From Bacteroidales bacterium (GTDB lineage: Bacteria; Bacteroidota; Bacteroidia; Bacteroidales; G3-4614), in contig JAFQBL010000130.1 of assembly GCA_017416695.1 (NCBI GenBank), positions 1 to 41,437 on the forward strand: DNA of 41,437 nucleotides, read 5' to 3'. A program made the position numbers and the translations under genes. Of this stretch, positions 1-9,140 are shown piece by piece (within the stretch, counting starts at the first letter, position 1; the number at the start of each line of letters is the position of its first letter). The notes below the pieces were generated by a model, which was not told the DNA's origin, ran no database searches, and saw only the letters and a program-made list of their open reading frames with translations.

Positions 1-248
1 ATATCTTTAAATGCTATTGTGCGTATTGCTTCAAATAGTGGCTCGTTAAAGTTATATTTTATCTCTCCGTCTAAATCACGCAAGGCTATTCGCCCCTGTA
101 TCATATTTGCCAATAGCGATTTTCCTGAGCCATTTGCGCCTACAATAGCCCACTGCTCGCCTTTGTTTATATTCCACATTATGGGTGTTTTAAACCTAAA
201 CTCAGACATTCGTGGAACAGGGTGTATTAGTGATATTAGAGTGTTCAT
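1..248 (-). CDS. ABC transporter ATP-binding protein, N-terminal part (gene continues past the left window edge)
   Basis: Hand translation of the minus strand from the ATG at 248-246 gives MNTLISLIHPVPRMSEFRFKTPIMWNINKGEQWAIVGANGSGKSLLANMIQGRIALRDLDGEIKYNF... GANGSGKS is a Walker A P-loop at the usual position for an ABC ATPase. The ORF track omits it because there is no stop inside the window. An alternative in-frame ATG lies at 209-207. Confidence 0.7.
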   Translation of the reverse strand, partial: MNTLISLIHPVPRMSEFRFKTPIMWNINKGEQWAIVGANGSGKSLLANMIQGRIALRDLDGEIKYNFNEPLFEAIRTIAFKD

Positions 249-312
249 ATTGTTTGGTTCTATTGAAGTACAAATTTACTACCTTTTGGGGAGATATGAA
301 ATATCATCTACG

Positions 313-693
313 CTATACCTGTATGTTCAATTCATTCATCCCTATTGTCATATAGGAGCGAGCGAGATCGGTTGGTTTTATTACATCATTGTTCCAAACT
401 ACTATATCTATATCAATTATTACTTTCCCGTCTGCTTTATGCTCTGGCAAACGCCCTGCTTGGCGTTCATACTCTTTCAGGCGGAGTTTTAACTCTTCAA
501 AGGTTGAAGATGTGGTAATAACTCCTACGCAATTATGATAATTTGGTTGGGGTAATGAGCCAACTGCTTCGGTTTCGTATATTGATGAGAATTGAGCCTC
601 AATAACCATTTTTATTATATCTGCACAGCACTCCTCTACTCTTTGCTTTGCTGTGGGTATGTTTGAGCCGATACCGATTATTGCTCTATTCAT
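313..693 (-). CDS. folK: 2-amino-4-hydroxy-6-hydroxymethyldihydropteridine diphosphokinase (HPPK), short form
   Basis: 126-aa ORF. N-terminal IGIGSNI, then SSIYETEAVG..QPNYHNCV, ELK..LKEYERQAGR and IDIDIV follow the order of conserved HPPK blocks. Its start overlaps the stop of the upstream gene by 8 nt (686-693). Confidence 0.6.
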   Translation of the reverse strand: MNRAIIGIGSNIPTAKQRVEECCADIIKMVIEAQFSSIYETEAVGSLPQPNYHNCVGVITTSSTFEELKLRLKEYERQAGRLPEHKADGKVIIDIDIVVWNNDVIKPTDLARSYMTIGMNELNIQV

Positions 694-1879
694 TATTATT
701 GGATTTTAGGGTTATTAATGTTATCTCGGGATATGCTCCTAAACGGAAGGTGAATAGTGTGCATCCTATTCCATCGTTAACATAGAGTGATTGTTCTCCC
801 TCTTGATATAATCCACTCCACCAATCTCCTCGTAACGATGCTAAAGAGTATTGTTTATCTCCAAACGAGAATTTTAGTTGCATTGCATGGGTATGCCCAG
901 AGAGTGTTAGATTTATATTTGTTTCATCTAACACCTGTTGCCAATGCTCAGGGTTATGAGATAACAAGATTTTATATTTATTATCATTGAGTGTACGATA
1001 CGCCTTATTCAAATTTCCATAACGTGTGAATGGTGGATTTCCCCAATTCTCAACGCCAATAACCACTATTGAATCTCTTTCTCTAATAATTGTGTTACTC
1101 TCATTGTTAAGCATTATCCAACCCATCTCCTTTTGATAGGTTTTGAGATTTTGTAAGTTGTTTTGTTTTTCAGAGAGGTTTTTCCAATTTACATAATCGC
1201 CGTAATCGTGATTTCCCAATACTGAATATACACCATCTTTTGCTTTCAGTTTTGAGAGTTGTGTTTTATATGTGAGTAGTTCATCGGAAGAGAGTGTTAC
1301 TACATCGCCTGTTATACATACTATATCAGGATTTAGAGAATTAATCTTCTCTACCATACTTGCAATAAAAGTGGTATCGCCATAGAAACTTTTTAGGTGC
1401 AGGTCTGATATTTGAACAATTCTAAAATCATTGAACGTTGCTGGTAGTTGCTTAGATACTATCTCAATGCTATTACACACTATCTTTTTTCTGCCTACTG
1501 CCATACCATATAGCAATGTTGTAAATAGAGTAATAGAGATTATTGTTGCTACTATGGTAAAATGGTATTTTCGTTTTTTACTCCATATCTTTTGAAGATA
1601 ATCTAATGGCGAAATTATTAAGAATATTATTTTAGGTAGAGAGATAAGAAAGAATATAAATACTACAAGTTCAATATTCTGGCTTATAATAGTTGTATTT
1701 TTCACAAATATTAGTGACACAAACACTAAAAAAAGTATATACTCCAAAGTATTTATACTCCATATTACAACCTTAAAAATGGCATTCCTGAAACGATTTG
1801 GAAGTTGTTTAATGATGTATATATCTGACAATATATTAATTGCCAATAGTACCATTGACAACAATAATGAAATTCTCAT
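686..1879 (-). CDS. membrane-anchored metallophosphoesterase (calcineurin-like, YkuE/YaeI type)
   Basis: 397-aa ORF. About 130 aa of hydrophobic N-terminal helices are followed by the phosphoesterase motifs ISDLHL, TGDVV, GNHDY and SGHTHAMQ. Confidence 0.8.
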   Translation of the reverse strand: MRISLLLSMVLLAINILSDIYIIKQLPNRFRNAIFKVVIWSINTLEYILFLVFVSLIFVKNTTIISQNIELVVFIFFLISLPKIIFLIISPLDYLQKIWSKKRKYHFTIVATIISITLFTTLLYGMAVGRKKIVCNSIEIVSKQLPATFNDFRIVQISDLHLKSFYGDTTFIASMVEKINSLNPDIVCITGDVVTLSSDELLTYKTQLSKLKAKDGVYSVLGNHDYGDYVNWKNLSEKQNNLQNLKTYQKEMGWIMLNNESNTIIRERDSIVVIGVENWGNPPFTRYGNLNKAYRTLNDNKYKILLSHNPEHWQQVLDETNINLTLSGHTHAMQLKFSFGDKQYSLASLRGDWWSGLYQEGEQSLYVNDGIGCTLFTFRLGAYPEITLITLKSNNNE

Positions 1880-1902
1880 TTTCTCAATATTTTATAATGT
1901 TC

Positions 1903-1910
1903 CAAAATTA
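1903..1910 (-). promoter_or_regulatory. Bacteroidota -7 promoter box (TAATTTTG on minus strand)
   Basis: CAAAATTA on the plus strand is TAnnTTTG on the minus strand, 24 nt upstream of the ATG at 1879. Confidence 0.45.
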
Positions 1911-1956
1911 CACAAATTATTTTGTTTAAAATTACCATCATATCATTATTTATAAT

Positions 1957-1964
1957 TAATTTTG
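1957..1964 (+). promoter_or_regulatory. Bacteroidota -7 promoter box (TAATTTTG)
   Basis: Matches the TAnnTTTG consensus 39 nt upstream of the ATG at 2003, in a divergent intergenic region. Confidence 0.45.
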
Positions 1965-2002
1965 CACAATATAAGTTTTTACGTATTGTTTATATATAGA
2001 TT

Positions 2003-3676
2003 ATGGATTGGTTAAGTAATCTTATTTTTACTCCAGGTTTAGCAAATACAGTAATATTATATTCGTTTATTATTGCTGCGGGAGTTTGGTTGGGTAAGAG
2101 AAAAATTTTTGGTATTTCTCTTGGTGTTACATTTGTTTTGTTTGTAGGTATTTTAGTTGGTCACTTTACCGACTACTTCTCAATTAACAAAGATGTATTG
2201 GATTTTGCTAAAGAACTTGGACTTATCTTGTTTGTTTATTCTATTGGTTTACAAGTTGGTCCAGGATTCTTCTCATCTTTCAAAAAAGGTGGTATGATTC
2301 TTAATGCCTTAGCATTAGGTGTTATTCTGTTGAATATTGCCACTGTTATTTCAATTTACTTCTTAACTGATGCAAGAATGGAAGATTTGGTTGGAGTTCT
2401 TTCAGGTGCTGTTACCAATACTCCTGGATTGGGTGCTGCCCAACAGGCTCTTGAACAGTTAGGAAAATCTTCTGATATTCCAAGCACTGCGGCTGGTTAT
2501 GCTGCCGCTTATCCTCTTGGAGTTGTGGGAATAATTATATCAATGATTGTCATCAAGAAAATTTTTAAAATAAGTGCTACCAAAGAGAGTAAACTTATTG
2601 AAGAAGAGAACGAAGCTTCTGTTCAAAAGCCTATGATTCTTAGTCTTATGGTAGAGAATAAGATGTTGGATGGTAAAACTCTTAAACAAATTCTTGATTT
2701 CTTAGGGAGAGATTTTGTTATCTCGCGTATTAAGAAAGAGAATGGAGAGGTTATAATTCCTCAATCAACAACCATAATTAACAAAGGTGACTATATGATT
2801 TTGGTACTCTCTCCTTCGGATGAGGAGGCTGTTGAGGCTTTCATTGGTCAAAGAGTTGAAATGGATTGGGATGCTATTGATGCTCCTGTTGTTTCTCGCA
2901 GAATATTAATTACTAAACCTGAATACAATGGTCGTTCCATTAGTTCTCTAAAACTACATGCAGGTTTTCAACTTAATGCTACACGCGTAAACCGTGCCGG
3001 TATGGACCTTGTTGCTGCTCCTAACTTAAAACTTCAAATGGGTGACCGTATAACTGTTGTTGGTAAGTTAGAAGATATTAATCGCCTTGCTGGCCGTATG
3101 GGTAACTCAATGAAACGTTTGAATGAACCAAATATGATTACCATCTTTGTGGGTATTCTGTTAGGTATCATATTGGGAAGTATTCCTTTCCAATTCCCTG
3201 GTATGAGTACCGCCATGAAACTTGGTTTGGCAGGTGGTCCACTAATTGCCGCTATTTTGATTGGCCGCTTTGGATATAAACTAAAACTTATTACATATAC
3301 ATCAACAAGTTCGAGTTTAATGTTACGCGAAATTGGTATCTGCTTATTCCTTGCCAGTGTGGGATTCTCGGCAGGAGGAAGTTTTGTTGATACTATCGTA
3401 AGCGGCGATGGTCTTTGGTGGGTTCTTTGGGGATTCATTATAACTACATTGCCTCTTTTGATTATTGGTACTATTGCACGTCTTAAATTCAAACTAAACT
3501 ATTGTACTATGATGGGATTAATGAGTGGTAGTATGACAGATCCCCCAGCTCTTGCATACGCTAATAAGTTAGCAAATAATGATGCTCCTGCTGTTGCATA
3601 CTCTACCGTATATCCTCTTACAATGTTTATGCGTGTTCTAACTGCACAGTTGTTGATTTTGATATTCTGTGCATAA
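2003..3676 (+). CDS. YidE/YbjL-family putative transporter (AAE antiporter-like) with two central RCK-C/TrkA-C domains
   Basis: 557-aa ORF. Two hydrophobic multi-helix halves flank a soluble middle of about 170 aa (LDGKTLKQILDF...ISRIKKENGEVIIP...GDYMILV and RSISSLKL...NATRVNRAG...GDRITVVG). This layout is typical of the YidE/YbjL family. Confidence 0.75.
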   Translation: MDWLSNLIFTPGLANTVILYSFIIAAGVWLGKRKIFGISLGVTFVLFVGILVGHFTDYFSINKDVLDFAKELGLILFVYSIGLQVGPGFFSSFKKGGMILNALALGVILLNIATVISIYFLTDARMEDLVGVLSGAVTNTPGLGAAQQALEQLGKSSDIPSTAAGYAAAYPLGVVGIIISMIVIKKIFKISATKESKLIEEENEASVQKPMILSLMVENKMLDGKTLKQILDFLGRDFVISRIKKENGEVIIPQSTTIINKGDYMILVLSPSDEEAVEAFIGQRVEMDWDAIDAPVVSRRILITKPEYNGRSISSLKLHAGFQLNATRVNRAGMDLVAAPNLKLQMGDRITVVGKLEDINRLAGRMGNSMKRLNEPNMITIFVGILLGIILGSIPFQFPGMSTAMKLGLAGGPLIAAILIGRFGYKLKLITYTSTSSSLMLREIGICLFLASVGFSAGGSFVDTIVSGDGLWWVLWGFIITTLPLLIIGTIARLKFKLNYCTMMGLMSGSMTDPPALAYANKLANNDAPAVAYSTVYPLTMFMRVLTAQLLILIFCA

Positions 3677-3712
3677 ATTTATTTTTGAGTTTGGAGTAGT
3701 TTGACTTTTGTT

Positions 3713-3720
3713 TATATTTG
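3713..3720 (+). promoter_or_regulatory. Bacteroidota -7 promoter box (TATATTTG)
   Basis: TAnnTTTG 65 nt upstream of the ribE start. The leader is too short for an FMN riboswitch. Confidence 0.4.
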
Positions 3721-3784
3721 TACTATTCTACTACTCAAGAGATAATAAAGAAGTTTTTTTGATTAATTATTTAATAGAAATATA

Positions 3785-4396
3785 ATGTTTTCAGGTATTG
3801 TAGAAGAGTTTGCTACTGTTACTCATCTTGAAGAAGAGGGTACAAACTTAAACATTACAATGAAGTGCAGTTTTACTTCTGAACTCAAGATTGATCAGAG
3901 TATTGCACACAATGGCGTATGTTTGACTGTTGTAAATATTAATGGAGAAGAATATACCGTTACTGCCATTAAAGAGACTTTAGAGAGAAGCAATTTAGGT
4001 TTGCTAAATGTTGGAGATAAAGTTAATGTTGAACGTAGCATGATGATGAATGGCAGATTAGACGGACATATTGTTCAAGGTCACGTTGATACTACTGCTG
4101 TTTGCACCGAAGTTAGTGAGTGTAACGGAAGCACATACTTTACTTTTGAGTATGAGTTTGATAAAAAGATGGCCGCTGAAGGTTATATGACAGTTGAAAA
4201 AGGCTCTGTTACTGTTAATGGTGTTAGTCTTACTGTTTGTAATAGTTGCGACAATTCATTCAGTGTTGCTATCATACCTTACACTTTTGAGAATACTAAC
4301 TTTCATACTTTCAAAGTTGGCACAGTTGTAAACCTTGAGTTTGATATTATTGGCAAATATATTAGCCGTCTTCAAAAATATACATCACAAAATTAA
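3785..4396 (+). CDS. ribE: riboflavin synthase alpha chain
   Basis: 203-aa ORF that starts MFSGIVEE. It has two lumazine-binding repeats (SIAHNGVCLTV and GSVTVNGVSLTV) and LERSNLG..GDKVNVE. Confidence 0.85.
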   Translation: MFSGIVEEFATVTHLEEEGTNLNITMKCSFTSELKIDQSIAHNGVCLTVVNINGEEYTVTAIKETLERSNLGLLNVGDKVNVERSMMMNGRLDGHIVQGHVDTTAVCTEVSECNGSTYFTFEYEFDKKMAAEGYMTVEKGSVTVNGVSLTVCNSCDNSFSVAIIPYTFENTNFHTFKVGTVVNLEFDIIGKYISRLQKYTSQN

Positions 4397-4428
4397 TTTA
4401 TAACACTATAACAAGTTCACTAAATATT

Positions 4429-5595
4429 ATGAGCGACCAAAGATATAACCTTCGTGGAGTTTCAGCATCGAAAGAGGATGTACATAACGCAATTAAAAAT
4501 ATAGACAAGGGTATTTTCCCAAAAGCATTCTGTAAAATCATTCCCGATATTTTAGGTGGTGATGATGAATATTGTAACATTATGCACGCTGATGGTGCTG
4601 GTACAAAATCTTCATTGGCATACCTATATTGGAAAGAGACTGGAGATATTTCGGTTTGGAAAGGCATTGCTCAAGATGCTTTGATTATGAATATTGACGA
4701 CCTTCTTTGCGTTGGTGCTACTGATAATATTTTGGTCTCTTCTACTATTGGAAGAAATAAACTTCTTATCCCTGGCGAGGTTATTTCGGCTATCATAAAT
4801 GGTACCGATGAACTTCTTGCTGAGTTGCGTGAACTTGGTGTGAACGCATACGCAACTGGTGGCGAAACTGCTGATGTTGGCGATTTGGTTAGAACTATTA
4901 TTGTTGACAGTACCGTTACATGCAGAATGAAGAGAAGTGATGTTATATCAAATCACAATATTCAACCTGGTGATGTAATTGTTGGTTTATCATCATACGG
5001 ACAAGCAACATACGAAAAAGAGTATAATGGTGGTATGGGTAGCAATGGTCTTACCTCTGCTCGCCACGATGTATTCTCAAAATATCTTGCAGAGAAATAT
5101 CCTGAGAGTTACGATGCTGCTGTTCCCGATGATTTGGTATATTCAGGTGGATTGAAACTTACTGATGCAATAGAGGGATTAGATATTGATGCTGGTAAAA
5201 TGGTGCTATCTCCTACCCGTACATATGCTCCTGTTATAAAGAAGATTTTGGATGCTATGCGTTCAAAAATTCATGGTATGGTGCATTGTTCTGGTGGTGC
5301 CCAAACAAAAGTTCTTCACTTTGTTGATAACGTTAGAGTGGTTAAAGATAACTTATTCCCTGTTCCTCCTCTATTCAAAACTATTCAAGAGCAATCGGGT
5401 ACTGATTGGAAAGAGATGTACAAAGTATTCAATATGGGACACCGTATGGAGATATATCTAAGCCCTGAGTATGCAGAAGAGGTTATTGCTATAAGTAAAA
5501 GTTTCAATATTGACGCTCAAATTGTGGGACGTGTTGAGGCTTCAGATAAAAAGGAACTTATCATAAAATCGGAGTTCGGAACTTTTGAATATTAA
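4429..5595 (+). CDS. purM: AIR synthase-family protein (phosphoribosylformylglycinamidine cyclo-ligase, long Bacteroidota form)
   Basis: 388-aa ORF with PurM-superfamily blocks ADGAGTKS, MNIDDLLCVGA, GGETAD, GLSSYG...NGLTSAR, LSPTRTYAP, HCSGGAQTK and FNMGHRMEIY. Confidence 0.7.
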   Translation: MSDQRYNLRGVSASKEDVHNAIKNIDKGIFPKAFCKIIPDILGGDDEYCNIMHADGAGTKSSLAYLYWKETGDISVWKGIAQDALIMNIDDLLCVGATDNILVSSTIGRNKLLIPGEVISAIINGTDELLAELRELGVNAYATGGETADVGDLVRTIIVDSTVTCRMKRSDVISNHNIQPGDVIVGLSSYGQATYEKEYNGGMGSNGLTSARHDVFSKYLAEKYPESYDAAVPDDLVYSGGLKLTDAIEGLDIDAGKMVLSPTRTYAPVIKKILDAMRSKIHGMVHCSGGAQTKVLHFVDNVRVVKDNLFPVPPLFKTIQEQSGTDWKEMYKVFNMGHRMEIYLSPEYAEEVIAISKSFNIDAQIVGRVEASDKKELIIKSEFGTFEY

Positions 5596-5620
5596 TTCTT
5601 AACTTTCAAATAAAAGAACT

Positions 5621-6511
5621 ATGAACACTGTTTCAAAAGAGATTATCGATAAACTTAGACAGTTATCGGACCTTTTAGTTGTTATTAAAGATAGTGGCAA
5701 CAATACTCCACAAATTCTTAAAGAACTTGCCGTTGAAAAGTGTTCTGAAATTTATAAGGCTCTATCTTTGGGCGAAGATGTTGTTGAATATAAAATAGAT
5801 GCTACCCAAACAGAAGAGGAGATTGAAGATGTTGAAGAGAGCCAAAAGAGTGTAGATATAGAACCTCAAGCAGAAGAGATTTTCCCTATCTTAGATGATG
5901 TTACAGACTCTGAAGAAGAGGAGGAACTAACAGAGGAGAATTGTGAAGATTGTGAAGAGAGTGAGGTTGATAATTCAGAATATGATTATACACCACAAGA
6001 GGTTAAGACTGAGGTTCAAGAGTTTGAAATTGAAGAGAATATTCCTTTGACAGAGGAAGAGGACTACTTTGACACTCAAGATACAGAAGAGGAGGAAACC
6101 ATAGAAGAGGAAGAGGATACTTACGTTTATAGTGACCTTGAAAACGATAATGAACCTCCTTTTGATGTTGAGTACATTGAGGAGAAAGAAGAGGTTGAGG
6201 AGAGTGTTGAAGATGATGAAGACTCTATCACAACAGATAAAGATATTGACCTCTTTGCCACAAAAGAGAGTTTCAAAAAATGTAACCACAAAAAGATTCG
6301 CTCCGTATTGAGTATAAACGACATATTCTTATACAAGAGAGAGTTGTTTGGTAACAGCGACGTTGATATGACCGATATGTTTGATGGTATTGATGAGGCT
6401 GAATCGTTTGATGACGCAATGGAGTTTATAAGCGAATATTTTGGTGGCGACGTTGAGACCGAAGAGATGGTTATTGAGTTTATTGAGAGAGTTAAACAAT
6501 GTTTTGAATAG
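5621..6511 (+). CDS. hypothetical protein with a hyper-acidic (E/D-rich) central region
   Basis: 296-aa ORF sitting tightly between purM-like (25-nt gap) and rsmI (5-nt gap) on the same strand. The N-terminal 60 aa and C-terminal 75 aa have ordinary composition. The middle is dominated by E and D. I recognise no catalytic motif. Confidence 0.6.
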   Translation: MNTVSKEIIDKLRQLSDLLVVIKDSGNNTPQILKELAVEKCSEIYKALSLGEDVVEYKIDATQTEEEIEDVEESQKSVDIEPQAEEIFPILDDVTDSEEEEELTEENCEDCEESEVDNSEYDYTPQEVKTEVQEFEIEENIPLTEEEDYFDTQDTEEEETIEEEEDTYVYSDLENDNEPPFDVEYIEEKEEVEESVEDDEDSITTDKDIDLFATKESFKKCNHKKIRSVLSINDIFLYKRELFGNSDVDMTDMFDGIDEAESFDDAMEFISEYFGGDVETEEMVIEFIERVKQCFE

Positions 6512-6516
6512 ACAAG

Positions 6517-7185
6517 ATGGCAAAACTATATATTGTTCCTACTCCCGTTGGTAATCTTGAAGATATAACTCTACGTGCCTTAAGGGTATTGAAAGAGGTT
6601 GATTGTATATTGGCTGAAGATACCAGAACAAGTGGTATTCTACTGAAACACTTTGATATAAAATCAAAACTTCAACCACACCATAAATTCAATGAGCATA
6701 AGACTATTGAGAGTGTTGCTCAACGTATTAAAGGGGGTGAAAATATTGCTCTGATTTCAGATGCAGGAACTCCTGGTATTTCGGATCCTGGTTTTTTGCT
6801 ATCAAGAGAGTGTGCAAGACAAGGTGTTGAGGTTGAGTGCCTACCTGGTGCTACCGCTTTTGTTCCTGCCATTGTTGCTTCGGGATTGCCTTGCGACAGA
6901 TTCTGCTTTGAAGGCTTTTTACCTCAAAAGAAAGGCAGGGTTTCAAGATTGACTGAATTATCAACAGAGGAGCGGACTATTATCTTTTACGAATCGCCAT
7001 ACCGCATTGTTAAACTTCTTACTCAAATCTCTGAGATATTTGGCAGCGAAAGAGAGTGTGCTGTTTGCAGAGAGATATCAAAACTTCACGAAGAGATTGT
7101 AAGAGGCTCTATTGCCGACGCTATTGCTCATTTCACAACTCACGAACCCAAAGGCGAATTTGTTGTTGTGGTTGCAGGAAAATAG
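6517..7185 (+). CDS. rsmI: 16S rRNA (cytidine1402-2'-O)-methyltransferase
   Basis: 222-aa ORF. LYIVPTPVGNLEDITLRALRVL, ILAEDTR, SDAGTPGISDPG and FYESPYR are hallmark RsmI/tetrapyrrole-methylase-fold blocks. Confidence 0.9.
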   Translation: MAKLYIVPTPVGNLEDITLRALRVLKEVDCILAEDTRTSGILLKHFDIKSKLQPHHKFNEHKTIESVAQRIKGGENIALISDAGTPGISDPGFLLSRECARQGVEVECLPGATAFVPAIVASGLPCDRFCFEGFLPQKKGRVSRLTELSTEERTIIFYESPYRIVKLLTQISEIFGSERECAVCREISKLHEEIVRGSIADAIAHFTTHEPKGEFVVVVAGK

Positions 7186-7391
7186 TATTTATAAATAAGG
7201 ATTAGTATTAATTGCTAATTATCAAGCCTATGCTTGTTGAATCTGCTCTCGCTCGGCATTGCTCAATCACAGAATTCCTAATTATTACCCCTCGCTCCTA
7301 AACAAATATTAATTTGACATAAAAAAGATTTATATTTTTTGAAATTGTATTTCAAATATATACTTTCGTACAAATATTAAAATACAAATTT

Positions 7392-8243
7392 ATGAATAAA
7401 AGTTTTTTATCGCTACTGATCAGTGGTTGTGTGTTATGCGTTGTTTCGTGTCAGAAAATCAGTAATGATGAGACTGAGGCTCTAAAACAAGAGAACGATT
7501 CTTTAATGTTAGAGAATGCTCAAACAAAGGCAGAATTTGAAGAAGTTTTAATGCTTATAAACGAAATCCAAGCAGGTTTTAACGAAATCAAGAGTGCCGA
7601 GAACTACATTGTTGTTAACAATAACATTGGTGATGATTTAAGCAAGGGTACAAGAGAGAGGATTGCCTCTGATATGACTCTTATCTCAAATATTCTCAAG
7701 GAGAACAGAGAAAAGATTAACAGGCTTCAAAAACAACTTAGCAATAGCCAAAATGAGTCTGCCCAACTTAAAGAGACTATCAACTCGCTAAATGAGATGA
7801 TGGATGAGAAGACTCAAATTATTACCAACCTTCAAAGCGAACTTGCTAAACGCGATATAAGAATTGCCGAACTTGATGATGCGGTTACCACTCTTACCCA
7901 AATTAATGCTTCTCAAAGCGATATGATACTCTCTCAAGATAGCGAACTCAACAGAGTATATTATGCTTTTGGCACTTCGAAAGAGTTAAGAGAGAATAAG
8001 ATTATTGAGAAGCGTGGTCGTAATCTTCTAAAAGGTGATTTCAACAAAGAGTACTTTACAGAGGTTGATATGCGTGATATTACTGAGTTAGAGATTGGTA
8101 GCAAAAAAGCAGATGTTTTAACTACTCATCCTAATGGTAGTTACTCTATTGACAAGGATAGTAACGGATATTTAACTCTTAAAATTTTGGATACCCAACT
8201 TTTCTGGAATACTTCAAAATATTTGGTTATTGAAGTGGAGTAA
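7392..8243 (+). CDS. coiled-coil lipoprotein, function unknown
   Basis: 283-aa ORF. It has a signal peptide ending in a lipobox-like LISGC/VVSC. About 150 aa of heptad-like, Q/E/L/N-rich sequence is followed by a 100-aa globular C-terminal part (VYYAFGTSKELREN...). Confidence 0.65.
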   Translation: MNKSFLSLLISGCVLCVVSCQKISNDETEALKQENDSLMLENAQTKAEFEEVLMLINEIQAGFNEIKSAENYIVVNNNIGDDLSKGTRERIASDMTLISNILKENREKINRLQKQLSNSQNESAQLKETINSLNEMMDEKTQIITNLQSELAKRDIRIAELDDAVTTLTQINASQSDMILSQDSELNRVYYAFGTSKELRENKIIEKRGRNLLKGDFNKEYFTEVDMRDITELEIGSKKADVLTTHPNGSYSIDKDSNGYLTLKILDTQLFWNTSKYLVIEVE

Positions 8244-8263
8244 ATTGCCAGATACTAAAATAT

Positions 8264-8303
8264 AACCCCGCTACTCAGAACTTTTATTCTGCTTAGCGGG
8301 GTT
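8264..8303. terminator. bidirectional hairpin terminator between convergent genes
   Basis: AACCCCGCTA (8264-8273) pairs perfectly with TAGCGGGGTT (8294-8303). An inner CAGAA/TTCTG helix (8276-8280 with 8287-8291) extends the stem. The hairpin lies between the stop at 8243 (+) and the stop at 8331 (-). Confidence 0.6.
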
Positions 8304-8330
8304 ATTCATTCATACAAAAGATATTATATA

Positions 8331-9008
8331 CTACTCACAAACAGGGCGAACAGTAAACCCATAAATATGGCTGTAGTCGTCGATGAATACACGGTTTGGA
8401 AATATACTCAAGTAATAGGCGAATTCAATATAGGTAGTAACAAGAGAACTTGTCCAATAGTAACCACGACTACCAGCATCGTTTAGATTATTACCATCTC
8501 GAAATCCCGCTGAAGGAATAAAAATGGAATTGCCATTTATTTTACTTGTTACCTTATATCCGTTTACTCCATTTCGGACAGTAAATTCCCAGTTGCAATT
8601 ATTTATTAATTCTTCTTGCTCTGCTTTTGTAGGCATACGCCAATTACCTCCCCAATTTACATTAGCAGCATCGGCAGACAAAGGCAATGTAGTAGGGTTT
8701 GATGTGTAGTTATAGTTACTTAGTGTGTAACTGCTCTTTGTAGTTGTTTCGCCCCACGCAAAATAGTCGCCATAAGCCTCAGGTGATGTTGCTCCCACAT
8801 TACAAGTTGCCCATTTTACAGATAGTGCAAGGTCAACATAGAGATGTCCATTGTGTGCTGTTTCAAATTTTATACTGTCTATATCGGATACTTCATAGGT
8901 TGATATTATAGTATTGCCTTTATAGATATTTAATACTTTATCTTGTGCATACGCACTGCCAAATATGGCAAATATTGCTATTAGTAATGTTATTAATTTT
9001 GTTTTCAT
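8331..9008 (-). CDS. secreted protein with a FISUMP/DUF1566-like C-terminal domain
   Basis: 225-aa ORF with signal peptide MKTKLITLLIAIFAIFGSAYA-Q. Blocks VKWATCNVGA, YGDYFAWGE, NWGGNWRMPTKAEQEEL, NGNSIFIPSAGFRDG and GYYWTSS resemble the paralogous secreted-domain families of Bacteroidales and Fibrobacter. The family assignment is by eye only. Confidence 0.6.
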   Translation of the reverse strand: MKTKLITLLIAIFAIFGSAYAQDKVLNIYKGNTIISTYEVSDIDSIKFETAHNGHLYVDLALSVKWATCNVGATSPEAYGDYFAWGETTTKSSYTLSNYNYTSNPTTLPLSADAANVNWGGNWRMPTKAEQEELINNCNWEFTVRNGVNGYKVTSKINGNSIFIPSAGFRDGNNLNDAGSRGYYWTSSLVTTYIEFAYYLSIFPNRVFIDDYSHIYGFTVRPVCE

Positions 9009-9140
9009 CTTTTTTTGTTTTTTTGTTTGTGTTGTTTGTTGTCGACATCGCTAAACTCTGCCACCCTACGGGTAGTTGTTTGAGTCTTTATTTTGCTAAA
9101 AACTAAGGTACGAAGTACCGTACAACTAAAAACTAACAAC

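Noticed and set aside
19-492. 157-aa plus-strand ORF at the left edge
   Set aside because: It lies antisense to two well-supported minus-strand genes, the ABC ATPase N-terminus with its Walker A and folK. Its translation is low-complexity and Y/I/F-rich with no recognisable motif. It is typical of an AT-rich shadow ORF.
3034-3492. 152-aa minus-strand ORF inside the YidE/YbjL transporter gene
   Set aside because: It is fully antisense to a strongly supported membrane-protein CDS. It has no promoter box or plausible start context and reads as shadow-frame composition.
5800-6250. GAA/GAG/GAT-rich DNA that looks repetitive
   Set aside because: I checked it as a possible tandem repeat or CRISPR-like array. 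There is no fixed repeat unit or spacer periodicity. It is codon-level low complexity encoding the acidic linker of 5621..6511.
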